From Leucoraja erinacea (Eukaryota), in contig NC_073391.1 in NCBI RefSeq assembly GCF_028641065.1, positions 43,958,001 to 44,022,000 of the forward strand: a DNA stretch of 64,000 nt, read 5' to 3'. The position numbers were made by a program, and so were the translations under genes. The notes beneath the pieces are model-generated. The model was given only the letters and a program-made list of their open reading frames with translations, was not told the origin of the DNA and searched no databases. Numbering within the stretch: position 1 is the stretch's first letter; every line of letters begins with the position of its first letter. Of the stretch, positions 25,933-38,873 are shown one piece after another.

Positions 25933-27240
25933 GCAAAGGATCTCCTGTGATGTTCTGTGCTGCATCTTGGTGGAACCAGTCTGTTGCTGAAGGTGCTCCT
26001 CAGGTTGACCATGTGTCATGGAGTGGGGTGAGCTGTATTTTCTAGGATGCTCCACAGTTTGAGGAGCATCCACCCCTCCAAAACCACCTCCAGGATGGAG
26101 CCAGCCTTCCTGATGAGCTAGTTGACCCTGTTGGCATCTGCAGCCTTCGCCCTGCTGCCCCGGCACACGGCAGCGAAGAAGATGGCACTGGCCACCACCG
26201 ATTGGTAGAACAGCTGCAGCATCTCACTGCATAGAAACATAGAAAATAGGTGCAGGAGTAGGCCATTCGGCCCTTCGAGCCTGCACCACCATTCAATATG
26301 ATCATGGCTGATCATCCAACTCAAAGGATAAGGGGGAAATCCTTTAAAACCGAGATGAGAAGAACTTTTTTCACACAGAGAGTGATGAATCTCTGGAACG
26401 CTCTGCCACAGAGGGTAGTTGAGGCCAGTTCATTGGCTATATTTAAGAGGGAGTTAGATGTGGTCCTTGTGGCTAAGGGGATCAGGGGGTATGGAGAGAA
26501 GGCAGGTACAGGATACTGAGTTGGATGATCAGCCATGATCATATTGAATGGCGGTGCAGGCTCGAAGGGCCGAATGGCCTACTCCTGCACCTAATTTCTA
26601 TGTTTCTATGTTTCTATGTATCCTGTACCTGCCTTCTCTCCATACCCCCTGATCCCTTTAGCCACAAGGGCCACATACAACTCCGTCTTAAATATAGCCA
26701 ATGAACTGGCCTCAACTACTTTCTGAAGCAGAGAATTCCAGAGATTCACCACTCTTTGTGTGAAAAGTGTTTTTCTCATCTCGGTCCTAAAAGACTTCCC
26801 CCTCATCCTTGAAGGGGGAAGGAGTGGAGGCTTCTCAAAAAGTACAGCCGGCTCTGTTCTTTCTTGTACCAGGGCCTCAGCGTTCCTGGACCAGCCCAGT
26901 TTACTGTCCAGGTAAACTCCAAGGTATTTGTACTCCTTGGTAAACTTCACATCCACACCATTGATGGACGCAGGGGACATAGAAACATAGAAAGATAGAA
27001 ACATAGAAAATAGGTGCAGAAGTAGGCTATTCAGCCCTTCGAGCCTGCACCGCCATTCAATATGATCATGGCTGATCATCCAACTCAGTATCCTGTACCT
27101 GCCTTCTCTCCATACCCCCTGATCCCTTTAGCCACAAGGGCCACATCTAACTCCCTCTTAAATATAAAGGACAGGGGGCGTTCCTCTCGTCCTGAAGTCC
27201 ACCACTAACGCCTCAGTCTTGTTGGTGTTGAGCTGAAAGA
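25933..27240 (-). mobile_element. Rex1/Babar-like LINE fragment broken by CR1 insertions (26230-26810, 26977-27165)
   Basis: Collinear pieces QLNTNKTEALVVDFR / SINGVDVKFTKEYKYLGVYLDSKL / MLQLFYQSVVASAIFFAAVC. Confidence 0.8.
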
Positions 27241-27759
27241 TAGAGCAAACATTCTAGCTTATTAGATTATGGTATGATTTATAGGAAGCTAAGATCCAGC
27301 ATAAAAGCCCTCACTGATAAGTAACAAAATGACAGAAATGCAATTTACAACCACTTTCGACTTTAATAATAGCATTTTATGAGGTTATTAAAATACATCA
27401 TCCGCATCTTTATCTCCATGGAACATGCATACAAATTGGCAGCCACATCTCTCACGCTGAAACAGGACCAACTTTACAAAAGTATTTAACTGGATTTTTT
27501 TGGATATCCTGACATCGTGATAGTCGCTGCATAATTCACCTTCTGCTTTCCTGAAGCCTTCATTCACTTAATGTCCGGACCGAACTTTAATGATGTACGC
27601 AATGTTGCTTTTTTATTAAGAGCCATTTATAAACTTCTAGAGCTTGCAGAGTGGCAGCGCAGCGGGTAGAGCTGCTGCCTGACAGAGACAGAGACCTGGG
27701 TTCGATCCCGACCTTGGCTGCTGTCTGTGCGGTGATTGCACTTCTCCCTGTGACTGCAG

Positions 27760-28350
27760 GAATAGTGAAAGGCTTGGATGGAGTGGATGTGGAGAGGATT
27801 TTTTCCATTTGTGGGAGAGTCTAGAATCAGGGGTCATAGCCTCAGAATTAAAGGGCGTCCTTTTGGGAAGGAGAAAAGAATACATTTCTTGAGGGGTGGT
27901 GAATCTGTGGAATTCTTTGCCACAGAAGACCGTGGAGGCCAAGTCAGTGGATAATTCTAAAGCAGAGATAGATAGATTCTCGATTAGTACAGGAGTCAGA
28001 GGTTATGGGGAAAATCTGTGGAATTCTCTGCCACAGAAAGTAGTTGAGGCCACAGTTCATTGTCTATATTTAAGAGGGAGTTAGATGTGGCCCTTGTGGC
28101 TAAAGGGATCAGGGGGTATGGAGAGAAGGCAGGTACAGGATACTGAATTGGATGATCAGCCATGATCATATTGAATGGCGGTGCAGGCTCGAAGGGCCGA
28201 ATGGCCTACTCCTGCACGTATTTTCTATGTTTCTATGTTTCTAAAAGGCAGGAGAATGGGGTTGGGAAGGAGAGATAGATCAGCCACGATTGAATGACGG
28301 AATAGACTTGATGGGCCAAATAGCCTAATTCTACTCCTATTCCTTATCAC
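27760..28350 (+). mobile_element. Older CR1 3' end with a nested young CR1 3' end (28013-28243)
   Basis: The older copy resumes (aaggcaggagaatgggg) after the young tail. Confidence 0.8.
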
Positions 28351-28726
28351 CTAATGACCTTACTACTGCGTGGGTGCCCAGAGATGTGAGGGAGTGTAGG
28401 TGAATTGGCCTCTGTCCATTGCATTGGTGTGTAGGGAGTTGTCCAGGAAATGGGGAAGCTCCATATCTCGTCCCCTGCTGCTGATAATGGGTGTGGACCC
28501 GCACACAAGTTCACGCAACATCTGTCAAGAGTAGCAGAGATAATATTTGGCCCAAATCTGTTTACCGGGTTCATCCGGAGTGTGATGACATTGTTTTCAT
28601 TAAGAAGTGCATTCAGAGTGCATCTATTAACTTTTTTTTTGACCACTAATGCAGTCTTAAATAAGGAAGTTTTGCTGCTGGTAAGTCTAAGAACAGGAAT
28701 GGTCAGATAAGATGCTGAACGTTTGG

Positions 28727-29240
28727 GTCGGCACGGTGGCGCAGCGGTAGTGTTGCTGCCTTACAGCGCCAGAAATCCGGGTTCGATCCCGACTACAGGT
28801 TGCTGTCTGTATGGAATTTGTACGTACTATCCGTGACTGGGTTGGGGTGGGGTTTCTCCGGGTGCTCCGTTTACTTCCCACACTACATAGACGTACAGGT
28901 TTGTAGATTAATTGGTTTTGGTGAAAACTGATTATTGTCCCCAGTGGGTAGTATGAAACCGGAACGGAAACCTCGAGAGACTTTGCGCCCCTCCCAAGGT
29001 TTCCATGCGGTTCCCGGAGGTTCCCGGAGGTTTTTGTCAGTCTCCCTACCTGCTTCCACTACCTGCAACCTCCGGCGACCACCTGCAACCTCCGGAAACC
29101 TTGGGCGAGGCGCAAAGTATCCAGTGCAGGTTTCCTAAGTGGGACAGGGGCATTATAGTGTGACGGGGATCGCTGGTCGCCACGGGCTCGGTGGGCTGAA
29201 GGGACTGTTCCCAAACGGGACCTCTAAACTAAACTAAACG
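28727..29240 (+). mobile_element. HE1/V-SINE-type SINE containing a second, left-truncated MITE copy (28955-29152)
   Basis: SINE head and tail; MITE body homologous to 8937-9167. Confidence 0.8.
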
Positions 29241-29269
29241 TCCCTATTGAATTAGCATTGTTAATTGAG

Positions 29270-29572
29270 TGAACGATACAGCACGGAAACAGGCCCTTTG
29301 GCCCACCGAGTTCATGCCGACCATGGATCACTCCTCTCACTAGTTCGACGTTAAGAAATGTTTGCATCCTCTCCCAACACACCAGTGGCAATTTACAGAG
29401 GGCCAGTTAACCCAACAAGCCCGCACGTCTTTGGGATGTGGGAGGAAACCAGTTTAATAACTCACGCGGTCAGAGGGAGAAAGTGTAAACTCCACATAGT
29501 CAGCACCCGAGGTTAGGGCCGAACCTCGGTATCTGCTGGCGTGAGGCGGTGGCTCTACCACTTGCGCCACTT
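29270..29572 (-). mobile_element. V-SINE-type SINE (older subfamily)
   Basis: Head, body and tail homology. Confidence 0.7.
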
Positions 29573-29659
29573 TGTACTAAAGGCAAGGACCAGCAGGACT
29601 ACATTCAACAAAATCACTCCCCAAATCAGTCCCTTCATTCTGTGGGAAGACCAGGACAA

Positions 29660-30160
29660 TTCCTAATCTGAGGAAATACATTGTTGCCATAGAAGGAGTA
29701 CAGAGAAGGTTCACCAGACTGATTCCTGGGATGTCAGGACTTTCATATGGAGAAAGACTGGATAGACTCGGCTTGTACTCGCTAGAATTTAGAAGATTGA
29801 GGGGGGATCTTATAGAAACTTACAAAATTCTTAAGGGGTTGGACAGGCTAGATGCAGGAAGATTATTCCCGATGTTGTGGAAGTCTAGAACAAGGGGCCA
29901 CAGTTTAAGGATAAGGGGGAAGTCTTTTGGGACCGAGATGAGAAAATCATTTTTCACACAGAGAGTGGTGAATCTCTGGAATTCTCTGCCACAAAAGATA
30001 GTTGAGGCCAGTTCATTGGCTATATTTAAGAGGGAGTTAGATGTGGCCCTTGTGGCTAAAGGGATCAGGGGGTATGGAGAGAAGGCAGGTACAGGATACT
30101 GAGTTGGATGATCAGCCATGAGCATATTGAATGGCGGTGCAGGCTCGAAGGGCCGAATGC
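29660..30160 (+). mobile_element. CR1-type LINE 3' fragment
   Basis: ORF 29731-30102. Confidence 0.9.
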
Positions 30161-30789
30161 CCAGATAGGCACAGAAATGCTGGAGTAACACAGCGGGACG
30201 GGCAGCATCTCTGGATAGAAGGAATGGGTGACGTTTCGGGTCGAGTCCCTTCCTCAGACTGACGAAGGGTCTCGACCTGAAAACTTACCCATTCCATCTA
30301 TCCAGAGATGCTGCCTGTGCCGCTGTGTTACTCCTGCATTTTGTGTCTATCTTCAGTGCAAATCAGCATCTGCGGTTCCTTCCTGCCCAGGACAATTCCC
30401 AGTCTGTGTCGCTCCCACTATCCGTCAGAATATTTTCAATGGTTATGGTCACCCTGTTGTTAAGCTGGAAAGAGTCCATATACGATTTTTGAGGATGTGG
30501 CCAGGAATTGATGGCCTGAGCTACAGGGAGAGGTCGAGCAGGCTGGAACTATATTCCTTGGAGTGCAGGAGGCTGAGAGGTGATCTTATAGAGGTGTATA
30601 AGATCATGAGATGAATAGATAGGGTGAATGCATAGCGTCTTTTACCCAGAGTAGGAGAATCAAGAATCAGAGGACATAGGTTTAAACGGAGACACCTAGT
30701 GCATTGGGTGATCGCTGGTCAGCACGGACTTGGCGGGCCGAAGGGCCTGTTTCTACACTCTATCTCCAGAGTAAAACTAGAGTGAACAT

Positions 30790-31210
30790 AAAGGCTTTGT
30801 ATTCACTGGAGTTTAGAAGGATGAGGGGATATCTTATGAAAACATATAAAATTATAAAAGGACTGGACAAGCTAGATGCAGGAAAAACGTTCCCAATGTT
30901 GGGCAAGTCCAGAACCAGGGGCCACAGTCTTAGAATAAAGGGGAGGTCATTTAAGACTGAGGAGAGAAAAATCTTTTTCACCCAGAGAGTTGTGAATTTA
31001 TGGAATTCCCTGCCACAGAGGCCAAGTCACTGGATGGATTTAAGAGAGAGTTAGATAGAGCTCTCGGGGCTAATGGAGTCAAGGGATATGGGGAGAAGGC
31101 AGGCACGGGTTATTGATAGGGAACGATCAGCCATGCTCACAATGAATGGCGGTGATAGCTCGAAGGGCCGAGTGGCCTCCTCCTGCACCTTTTTTCTATG
31201 TTTCTATGAC
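30790..31210 (+). mobile_element. CR1-type LINE 3' fragment
   Basis: LYSLEFRRMRGYLMKTYKIIKG; tail present. Confidence 0.85.
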
Positions 31211-31719
31211 TATGAAAGGAATTGAGCAGGATTTTGTTTTCCTGTTCATAGCAAGGGCTGCATAGAGCCTTACATAGTCATATCCCATGGTTGCTAGAAC
31301 ATTTTTACTGGTATCCTAACTCGAACAAAAAAAAATCTCACATATTTATGTAACTGCTAATTTCCAGTCGAACACGATGAAAAATTTATGAAGCAATCAG
31401 TCCTGATGCCAGGGCTGGAGGCTGCTGCTGTAAATCACCGATCCCCACACTGGCAGTCATTCCTGTAATTGCCAGGATTACAGAGACTCGAACCTCAACG
31501 CATGGCATCTTTGGATAATAGAAATGGGTTTAGTTTAGAGATACAGCACGGGAACAGGCCCTTCGGCCCATCGAGTCCATGCCGACCAGCAATCACACTA
31601 TTCTACACACTAGGAACAACTTACAATTTTACAGAATCCAATTAACCTACAAACCTGAGATAGACAGAAAATTCTGGCGTAACTCAGCGGGACAGGCAGC
31701 ATCTCTGGATAGAAGGAGT

Positions 31720-31755
31720 GGGTGACGTTTCGGGTCAGGACCCTTCTTCAGACCC
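31720..31755 (-). ncRNA. Minimal type I hammerhead ribozyme motif (best-preserved copy) within a fold-back Penelope-derived element
   Basis: Minus strand GGGU-CUGAAGA-A-GGGU(CCUG)ACCC-GAAA-C-GUC-ACCC: core, stem II, palindromic ACGU stem III, GUC site and 4-bp stem I. Confidence 0.65.
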
Positions 31756-32354
31756 TTCTACTCGACCCGAAACGTCACCCATTCCTTCTCTCCAGAGATG
31801 CTGCCTGTCCCGCTGAGTTACTCCAGCATTTGGACCTCCCCAACACCGGGAACAATCTTCCTGCATCTAGCCTATCCAACCGCTTGAGAATTGTGTAAGT
31901 TTCTATGCTTTGCCCAGGTCCCTGCTCTGTTTTGCAGCTTTCCACCCCCTACTACAGTTGCTCCTGAGAAGCATCGCGACCCGAAGCATCTCCTCTTCAT
32001 TCCCACCATAGATGCTGCCTGACCCGTTGAGTTCCTCCAGCACTTTGCATTTTGCATTGAATTTACTCTCCCGCGCCATCTTCTGGCAGCAGAGGCAACT
32101 ACAACGGATACATACATAAGCACAGATTGGAGGATAGACAGAAAATGCTGGAGTAACTCAGCGGGACAGGCAGCGCCTCTGGATAGAAGGAATGGGTGAC
32201 GTTTCCGGTTGAGACCTTTTTCCAGACTGAAGACTCTGAAGAAGGGTCTCCACCCGAAATGTCACTCATTCCTTCCCTTTAGAAATGCTGCCTGTCCCGC
32301 TGAGTTATTCCAGCAGCATTTTGTGTCCACCTTCGATGTAAACCAGCCGATGAT

Positions 32355-32665
32355 GGAGATACAGGGCGGAAACAGGTCCCTCGGCGGACCAAATTCACAC
32401 CGACCAGCAATCACCCATACACTAGCACTATCCGACACACACTAGGGACAATTTAATTTTTTTACGAAGGCCAATTATAACTTACAAACCTGCACGTGTT
32501 TGGAGTGTGGGAGGAAACCGGAGCACCTGGAGAATGGGACTGTGGGAGGAAACCGGAGAAAACCCAAGCGGTCACAGGGAAAACGTACAAACTCCGTACA
32601 GACAGCACCCGAGGTCAGGATTGAACCCGGGTCTCTGGCGCAAAGAGGCAGCAACTCTACCGCTC
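32355..32665 (-). mobile_element. HE1/V-SINE-type SINE
   Basis: Body and tail with a small internal duplication. Confidence 0.75.
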
Positions 32666-33359
32666 TACTGGTCACTAAACCATGGTGCACAGGTATAATT
32701 CTGCCATATTTTTAATTATTGCAGACTTTATTCTTATTTTATAGATCATTTTATTGTTTAGTGCTGCTACTACTTAAATCATAACAGCTTGGGGAGCAGA
32801 ATTAATTCGAGGAGGATGAGTTTCTTAGCAACACAGACTGAGGAGCTAAAACTGTGGAAACAGCAGTGCGCTGGTGTAACACAGCGGGACAGGCAGTATC
32901 TCCGGAGAGAAGGAATGGATGACGTTTCGGGTCAAAGCTCTTCTTCACACAGTCAGGGGAGACGGAGTCGAGAGATATGGAAGGGTCAGGTGTGAAAACG
33001 ACAGATCAAAGCAGACGGTGATAAGGAAATGTGGAATAGTTCATTGTTAGCTGAGGGAAAGGTGACAAGGAGGCATACACGTGGCTGTGGTAGCGATTCT
33101 GAGTGAAAACGTGGTCGTACAGCTGGAGAGAAGGAGGAGTAACAGAGGGGGAGCAGAGAGAGCACCGGGAGAATGGGAGCATGGGAGGAAACCGGAAAAC
33201 AAATTGCAGAATTCTTGTTGGGGAGAGGAGGAGAACTTCCTCAAAGTAGACATTCCTTGAGCGGATTTTGCATTGGAGCAGACGAAACGTGTGGGAAGAT
33301 GCCATTTATTTGAACACTCTCCATTTAAAATAAGACTTTACAGTGAACAGATTTTTTTC

Positions 33360-33985
33360 TGTGTTGGGAGGAACTGCAGATGCTGGTTTAAATCGATGAT
33401 AGACACAAAAAGCTGGAGTAACTGAGCGGGCCAGGCAGCACCTCTGGAGAGAATGAATGGGTGACGTTTCAGGTCGAGACCCTTCTTCAGACCGAAAGTC
33501 ACGGGAAAGGGAAACGAGAGAGATATAGAGACGACAGTGTAGAGAGACAAAGAACAATGATTGAAAGATATGCAAAAAAGTAATGATGATAAAGGAAACA
33601 GGCCATTGTTAGCTGTTTGTTCGGTGAAAACGCAAGCTGGTGAGACTTGGGTGTGGGGGAGATAGAGAGAGAGAGGGAATGCCGGGGTTACTTGAAGTTG
33701 GAGAAATCAATATTCATACCACTGGGCTGTAAACTGCCAAAGCGAAATATGAGATTCCCTTCCTCCAATTTGCGTTTAGCCTCACTCTGACAATGGAGGA
33801 GACAATGGACAAAAAGGAGAATTAAAATGTTTAGCAACCGGGAGATCAGGTGGGTTCATGCGGACTGAGCGAAAGTTGTTCAGCGAAACGATCGCCCAGT
33901 GTACGTTTGGTCTCGTCCATGTATAAGAGTCCACATCTAGAACAACGGATACGGTAGATGAGGTTGGAGGAGGTGCAAGTGAGCC
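33360..33985 (-). mobile_element. Penelope-like relic: GIY-YIG domain, 3' UTR and hammerhead-bearing terminal repeat (33460-33493)
   Basis: TCTSSNLIYRIRCSRCGLLYMDETKRTLGDRFAEQL; GGU-CUGAAGA-A-GGGU(CUCG)ACCU-GAAA-C-GUC-ACC. Confidence 0.85.
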
Positions 33986-33994
33986 ACTGTCTAA

Positions 33995-34626
33995 CTAGAT
34001 GCAGGAAGATTGTTCCCGATGTTGGGGAAGTCCAGAACAAGGGGTCACAGTTTAAGGATAAGGAGGGAAGCTTCGACCGCCGGCCCTGCAGTCTGCGGTG
34101 CTTCTGTCTGCGGCGCGGCGGGGACTTTAAATCTTCGACCGCCCGCCTGCGGCCTACACCAACTTAAAGCCGCGGTCTCCGGTGGGGAAGAGCCGACTCT
34201 GGACTTACCTGGACTTGTACCTTGTCCTTTTACCATCTGGACGCCCGCAGCAACGGCTGCGGAGGGTTGAGGTCCCGACCACGGGGGGAAATGGAGGAGG
34301 GCTGCCCAAATTGTGTGCCTTCCACCACAGTGATGAATGCTGTGGTGGAAGTTTATGTTAAATTTTTATTGTGTTTTTGTGTGTGTTCTTTATAATTGTA
34401 CCGCTGCTGACATATTCATTTCACTTGCACTTATGTGCAATGTGACAAATAAACCGTATTGTATTGTATTGTATTGTATAAGTCTTTTTAGGACCGAGAT
34501 GAGAAAACATTTTTCGCACAGAGAGTGGTGAATCTCTGGAATTCTCTGCCACAGAAGGTAGTTGAGGCCAGTTCATTGGCTATATTTAAGAGGATGTGGC
34601 CCTTATGGCTAAAGATATCAGGGGGG
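33995..34626 (+). mobile_element. CR1 fragment lacking its 3' tail, with a nested GC-rich element (~34063-34479, (ttgta)n tail)
   Basis: CR1 sequence stops at ggataagg, resumes at aagtcttttt, and ends at the GPCR junction. Confidence 0.75.
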
Positions 34627-35110
34627 ATTAAAAGGCGATCGATCCATTCAAGGATAGTCCAGAAAAAATCAGAGTAAAAGGTTAGCCTAATATTACAGTA
34701 CCACGGGACGTTGTTAATGGTGTACAAAGGTTCGTACAGGAAGTACCAGGGTATATTTTTGACACAGCTCACAACACAAACTGTTCCTATGACAATCCCT
34801 GCCACTCTTTCGGTGCAATATTTTGTTTTCATCTTCGGGCAACAAATGGCTATAAATCGATCAAAGGTGAACCCGACTGTTAGCCAGACCGAGCTGTCCC
34901 TGGCGATGAGAATGAGGACTATTCTAGCGCTGCAGATGGGAGTGGTGTGGATCACGAGGGCAGGAAAGTATAGCATACTGATCCGGTGAAACACCACAGC
35001 CACGACAAGGAACAGGAGGTCAGCCGCCGCCATGCCCATCAGGTACCGAGAGATGCATCTGGAAAGACCACATTTCCCCCGAGACAGGATCACTATCGTC
35101 ACCAAGTTAC
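34622..35110 (-). pseudogene. GPR139/GPR142-like class A GPCR, exon 2 (TM1 to the start of TM5), 3'-truncated
   Basis: NLVTIVILSRGKCGLSRCISRYLMGMAAADLL, VWLTVGFTFDRFIAICCPKMKTKYCT and NIPWYF; polypyrimidine tract and AG acceptor at 35111-35112; the frame runs into antisense CR1 and stops at 34488. Confidence 0.85.
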
Positions 35111-35257
35111 CTGATTATAAAGGAGGAGAAGACATCATTTTAATTCCTGAGTTTGTGCCGCACACAAGTAGCTTAAGGTCATTGTTGATAGGTGCAGAAT
35201 TGGGCCCGCCAAGTCTAGTCCACCATTCAATTATGGCTGATCTGTCTTTTTTTTAAA

Positions 35258-35515
35258 GAGATACAGGCCCCTCGATCCACCGAGTCGGCACCGACCAGTG
35301 ATCCCTGCAAATTCACGCTATCCGACACACACTAAGGACAATTTACATTTATACCAAGCCAATCTCTTGAGTGTGGGAGGAAACCGAAGATCCCGGAGAA
35401 AACCCACGCGGTCACGGCGAGAGCGCAGACACTCCGTACAGACAGCACCCGTGGTCGGGATCGAACCCCGGTCTAAGGCGCTGTAATAAAGCACAGTAAC
35501 TCTACCGCTGCCGCC
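35258..35515 (-). mobile_element. HE1/V-SINE-type SINE in the GPCR intron
   Basis: Head, body and tail homology. Confidence 0.75.
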
Positions 35516-35809
35516 CTCTCCCGCTTAACCCCATTCTCCTGCCTTCTCCCCATAACCCTCACACCCGTACTAATTAAGAAGAACCTAAGCAAATCTTTGA
35601 GTAGTGGTGGATAGAGGTGACTGGTTAGCATGCAACAGAATGTTTTAACTGCACCTCAGTACACGTGGCAGTAATTATTAAGCGCTAGGTTTTTGGAATT
35701 CAAACAAAAGTTTCCCTAAAGAGCAGTTTTGACAATGTGCCCCCGTGCTGAGTAATACAATGTGTACGGAGGAACTGCAGATGCTGGCCAAATCGAATAC
35801 AGACGCAAA

Positions 35810-36218
35810 ATAACCATATGACCATATAACAATTACAGCACGGAAACAGGCCATCCCGGCCCTTCTAGTCCGTGCCGAACACGTATTCTCCCCTAGTCCC
35901 ATCTGCCTGCACTCAGACCATAACCCTCCACTCCTTTCCCGTCCATATAACGATCCAATTTATTTTTAAATGATAAAAACGAACCTGCCTCCACCACCTT
36001 CACTGGAAGCTCATTCCACACAGCTACCACTCTCTGAGTAAAGAAGTTCCCCCTAAACTTCTGTCCCTTAATTCTCAAGTCATGTCCTCTTGTTTGAATC
36101 TTCCCTACTCTCAGTGGGAAAAGCTTATCCACGTCAACTCCGTCTATCCCTCTCATCATTTTAAAGACCTCTATCAAGTCCCCCTTAACCTTCTGCGCTC
36201 CAAAGAATAAAGACCTAA
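35810..36218 (-). mobile_element. CR1/HER1-type LINE 3' fragment ((atatggtt)n-tail subfamily)
   Basis: GDLIEVFKMMRGIDGVD...WNELP; nearly identical to 37930-38445. Confidence 0.85.
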
Positions 36219-36635
36219 TCATCTCACCACAACCAGAGAGCAGCGCTGAACTACTATCTACCTCTTTGGACTAACGTTGATTGAACTTTGCTTGCTTTAC
36301 TTTGCACTAAATGTTATTCCCTTATTATTGCAAATGGATCGATTGTAATCATGTATTGTCTTTCTGTTGACTGGTTAGCGCCCAACACAAGCAACGGTTT
36401 CATCCCACACTTCAAAGAGTTACAGAATTGTAGGTAAACGGAGGGGATCAAGATATGTGCACAATATTTCAGATTCAGTCTCATCAATGCACAGCATAAT
36501 TATTGGAGGGTGTCCCTGTTATACAGTCATATGGTTATAATCTTACAGCATGGAAACAGGCCCTTCAGCCCAACTTGCACACACCGGCCAACATGTCCCG
36601 TCCACACTTATCCAGCCTACCTGCATTTAGTCCAT

Positions 36636-36978
36636 AGAAGATTGTTCCCGATGTTGGGGAAGTCCGGAACAAGGGGCACAGTTCAAGGATAAAGGGGAAA
36701 GCTTTTAGGACTGAGATGAGAAAAACATTTTTCACACTGAGAGTGGTGAATCTCTGGAATTCTCTGCCACAGAAGGTAGTTGAGGCCAGTTCATTGACTA
36801 TATTTAGGAGAGAGTTAGATGTGGCCCTTGTGGCTAAAAGGATCAGGGGGTGTGGAGAGAAAGCAGTTACAGGATACTGAGTTGGATGATCAGCCATGAT
36901 CATATTGAATGGCGGTGCTGGCTTTAAGGGCCGAATGACCTACTCCTGCAACGATTTTCTATGTTTCTATGTTTCTAT
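36636..36978 (+). mobile_element. CR1-type LINE 3' fragment
   Basis: Young CR1 3' end with tail. Confidence 0.85.
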
Positions 36979-37340
36979 CTCCCTAAACCTGTTCTATCCA
37001 TGTTATTGGACTGAAATCCTCTTGCGATAGTCCCCTTACACATAATGCTGGTCCTATATATTAACTTTCGGTTATTCTTGCACAAGAACTTCCAGATCAT
37101 TCGGAACACCAATTTCTTAACATTTTAAAGAGTAATCAGCCGTCACACATTTCTTCTGCGGAAAGTGGCGTTCCATCACATCAAATCCCGACAAAAGTCC
37201 ATTTGCCATGTCCTCATCCACTGTGCACAGTTCCCACACGATCAAATTCCACCCATTCAAAGTATTGCAGCAACTGCAGTCACCTCCGTCTCAACGCTAT
37301 CACACTGATCCTTTGCACAACTTTCAACGCGGGACCCTAC

Positions 37341-37410
37341 CTGGAATACCAAAAGCTGCCAGAACAGGATAATAAATGGCAAAAACTAGGCCCGTAACTC
37401 GTGCATGCAT
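37341..37410 (-). CDS. GPR139-like GPCR exon 1 (MHARVTGLVFAIYYPVLAAFGIP), too short for the ORF track
   Basis: ATG at 37410; 70 nt ending in phase 1 at a CAG|GTAGGG donor; phase matches the acceptor at 35110 (G|GT AAC = ...GIP-G-NLV); TA-rich stretch ~37470-37484 upstream. Confidence 0.85.
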
Positions 37411-37929
37411 GTTCCCCCTGGAGCCGCAGGCAACTTGTTAACACTGTGCAACATTCGAAGGGTCTCAAGATATATATATATATCTGTTGCCATTACCCAA
37501 TAGAACAATTCGTTCACGTCACCAAAGACACAAAGAGAATTGTTAACATCCCCAGATATATTACTCACACTTGTTAAACAAACACACTAAACCCCTTAGT
37601 TATTGTTTTTCTCTTTTTTCCAGAATCCTCATTAAATGCATGTTGTTATTAAATTAAACAATGCACAAATACAATTGGAGTTTGATGCACCCGTTCAGTG
37701 AATGGGACTGAGTCTGGTGAGTGACGGGACGATATCGGTTGCCCATCCTAACGGACCTGATCGAGCTGTACGCTACTCCTCATGGAACTGTTGTAATCTG
37801 TACCACGAGTTGTCCTTTTCTCCACTGGAGGTGTCAATTTCCGCACGTTTTATTAGCCATGTCATATTTATACTTGCTACATGTTATAGAACTACAGACC
37901 AATTCAGGGTATTGTCAAAGCCAACAGGC

Positions 37930-38445
37930 TGGCCGAAGTTACAGAGAAAGGTTGAACAAGTTAGGTCTTTATTCTTTGGAGCGCAGAAGGTTAAGGGGGG
38001 ACTTGATATAGGTCTTTAAAATGATGAGAGGGATAGACAGAGTTGACACGGATAAGCTTTTCCCACTGAGAGTAGGGAAGATTCAAACAAGGGGACATGA
38101 CTTGAGAATTAAGGGACAAAAGTTTAGGGGTAACATGAGGGGGAACTTCTTTATTCAGAGAGTGGTGGCTGTGTGGAATGAGCTTCCAGTGAAGGTGGTG
38201 GAGGCAGGTTCGTTTTTATCATTTAAAAATAAATTGGATAGTTATATGGACGGGAAAGGAATGGAGGGTTTTGGTCTGAGCGCAGGTATATGGGACTAGG
38301 GGAGAATACGTGTTCGGCACGGTCGAGATGGCCTGTTTCCGTGCTGTGAACAAGGCTGTATATGGGACTAGGGGAGAATACGTGTTCGGCACGGTCGAGA
38401 TGGCCTGTTTCCGTGCTGTAATTGGTATATGGTTATATGGTTATA
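37930..38445 (+). mobile_element. CR1/HER1-type LINE 3' fragment with a ~60-bp tandem duplication in its 3' UTR
   Basis: SYRERLNKLGLYSLERRRLRGDLI; 38287-38347 is repeated at 38358-38419. Confidence 0.85.
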
Positions 38446-38740
38446 AGTTTGTACCTTCTCCCGGTGACCTACGTGGGGTTCCTCCGAATTGGTATCCTCC
38501 CACTCTCCAAAGACGTACAGGTTTGTAAGTTAATTGGCTTGGTAAATGTAAAAAATGTCCCCGGTGTGTGTAGGATAGTGTCAATCAACGATACAAAGGG
38601 TGTTAATATGCGGGGATCGCTGGTCTGCGTGGATCTGGTGGATCGAAGGGCCTGTTTCCGCGCTGTAACGCTAAAGTAAACTAAACGATCAACTGATTCA
38701 AATCATCTTCCCTCCAACAGCTGCTGAAGAGTATGATGTG

Positions 38741-38873
38741 TTGAAGAAGGAACTGCAGATGCTGGAAAGTGGACAAAAAATGCTGGAGAAACTCAGCGGA
38801 TGAGGCAGCATCTATGGAGATTAAGGACCCGCTGAGTGCCTCGCCCGCTGAGTTTTCCAGCATTTTTTGTCTA
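38741..38873. mobile_element. Fold-back Penelope-derived mini-element with a 17-bp TSD
   Basis: ctgaagag(t/g)atgatgtg at 38724-38740 and 38874-38890. Confidence 0.7.

Noticed and set aside
28450-28710. Short ORFs and isolated splice-donor matches in unique DNA (also 1278-1610 and 40046-40237)
   Set aside because: No recognisable domain or consistent exon chain.
35719-35754. REST/RE1 site interpretation of the 36-bp inverted motif
   Set aside because: Only the TCAGCAC half matches; the GGACAG half is absent.
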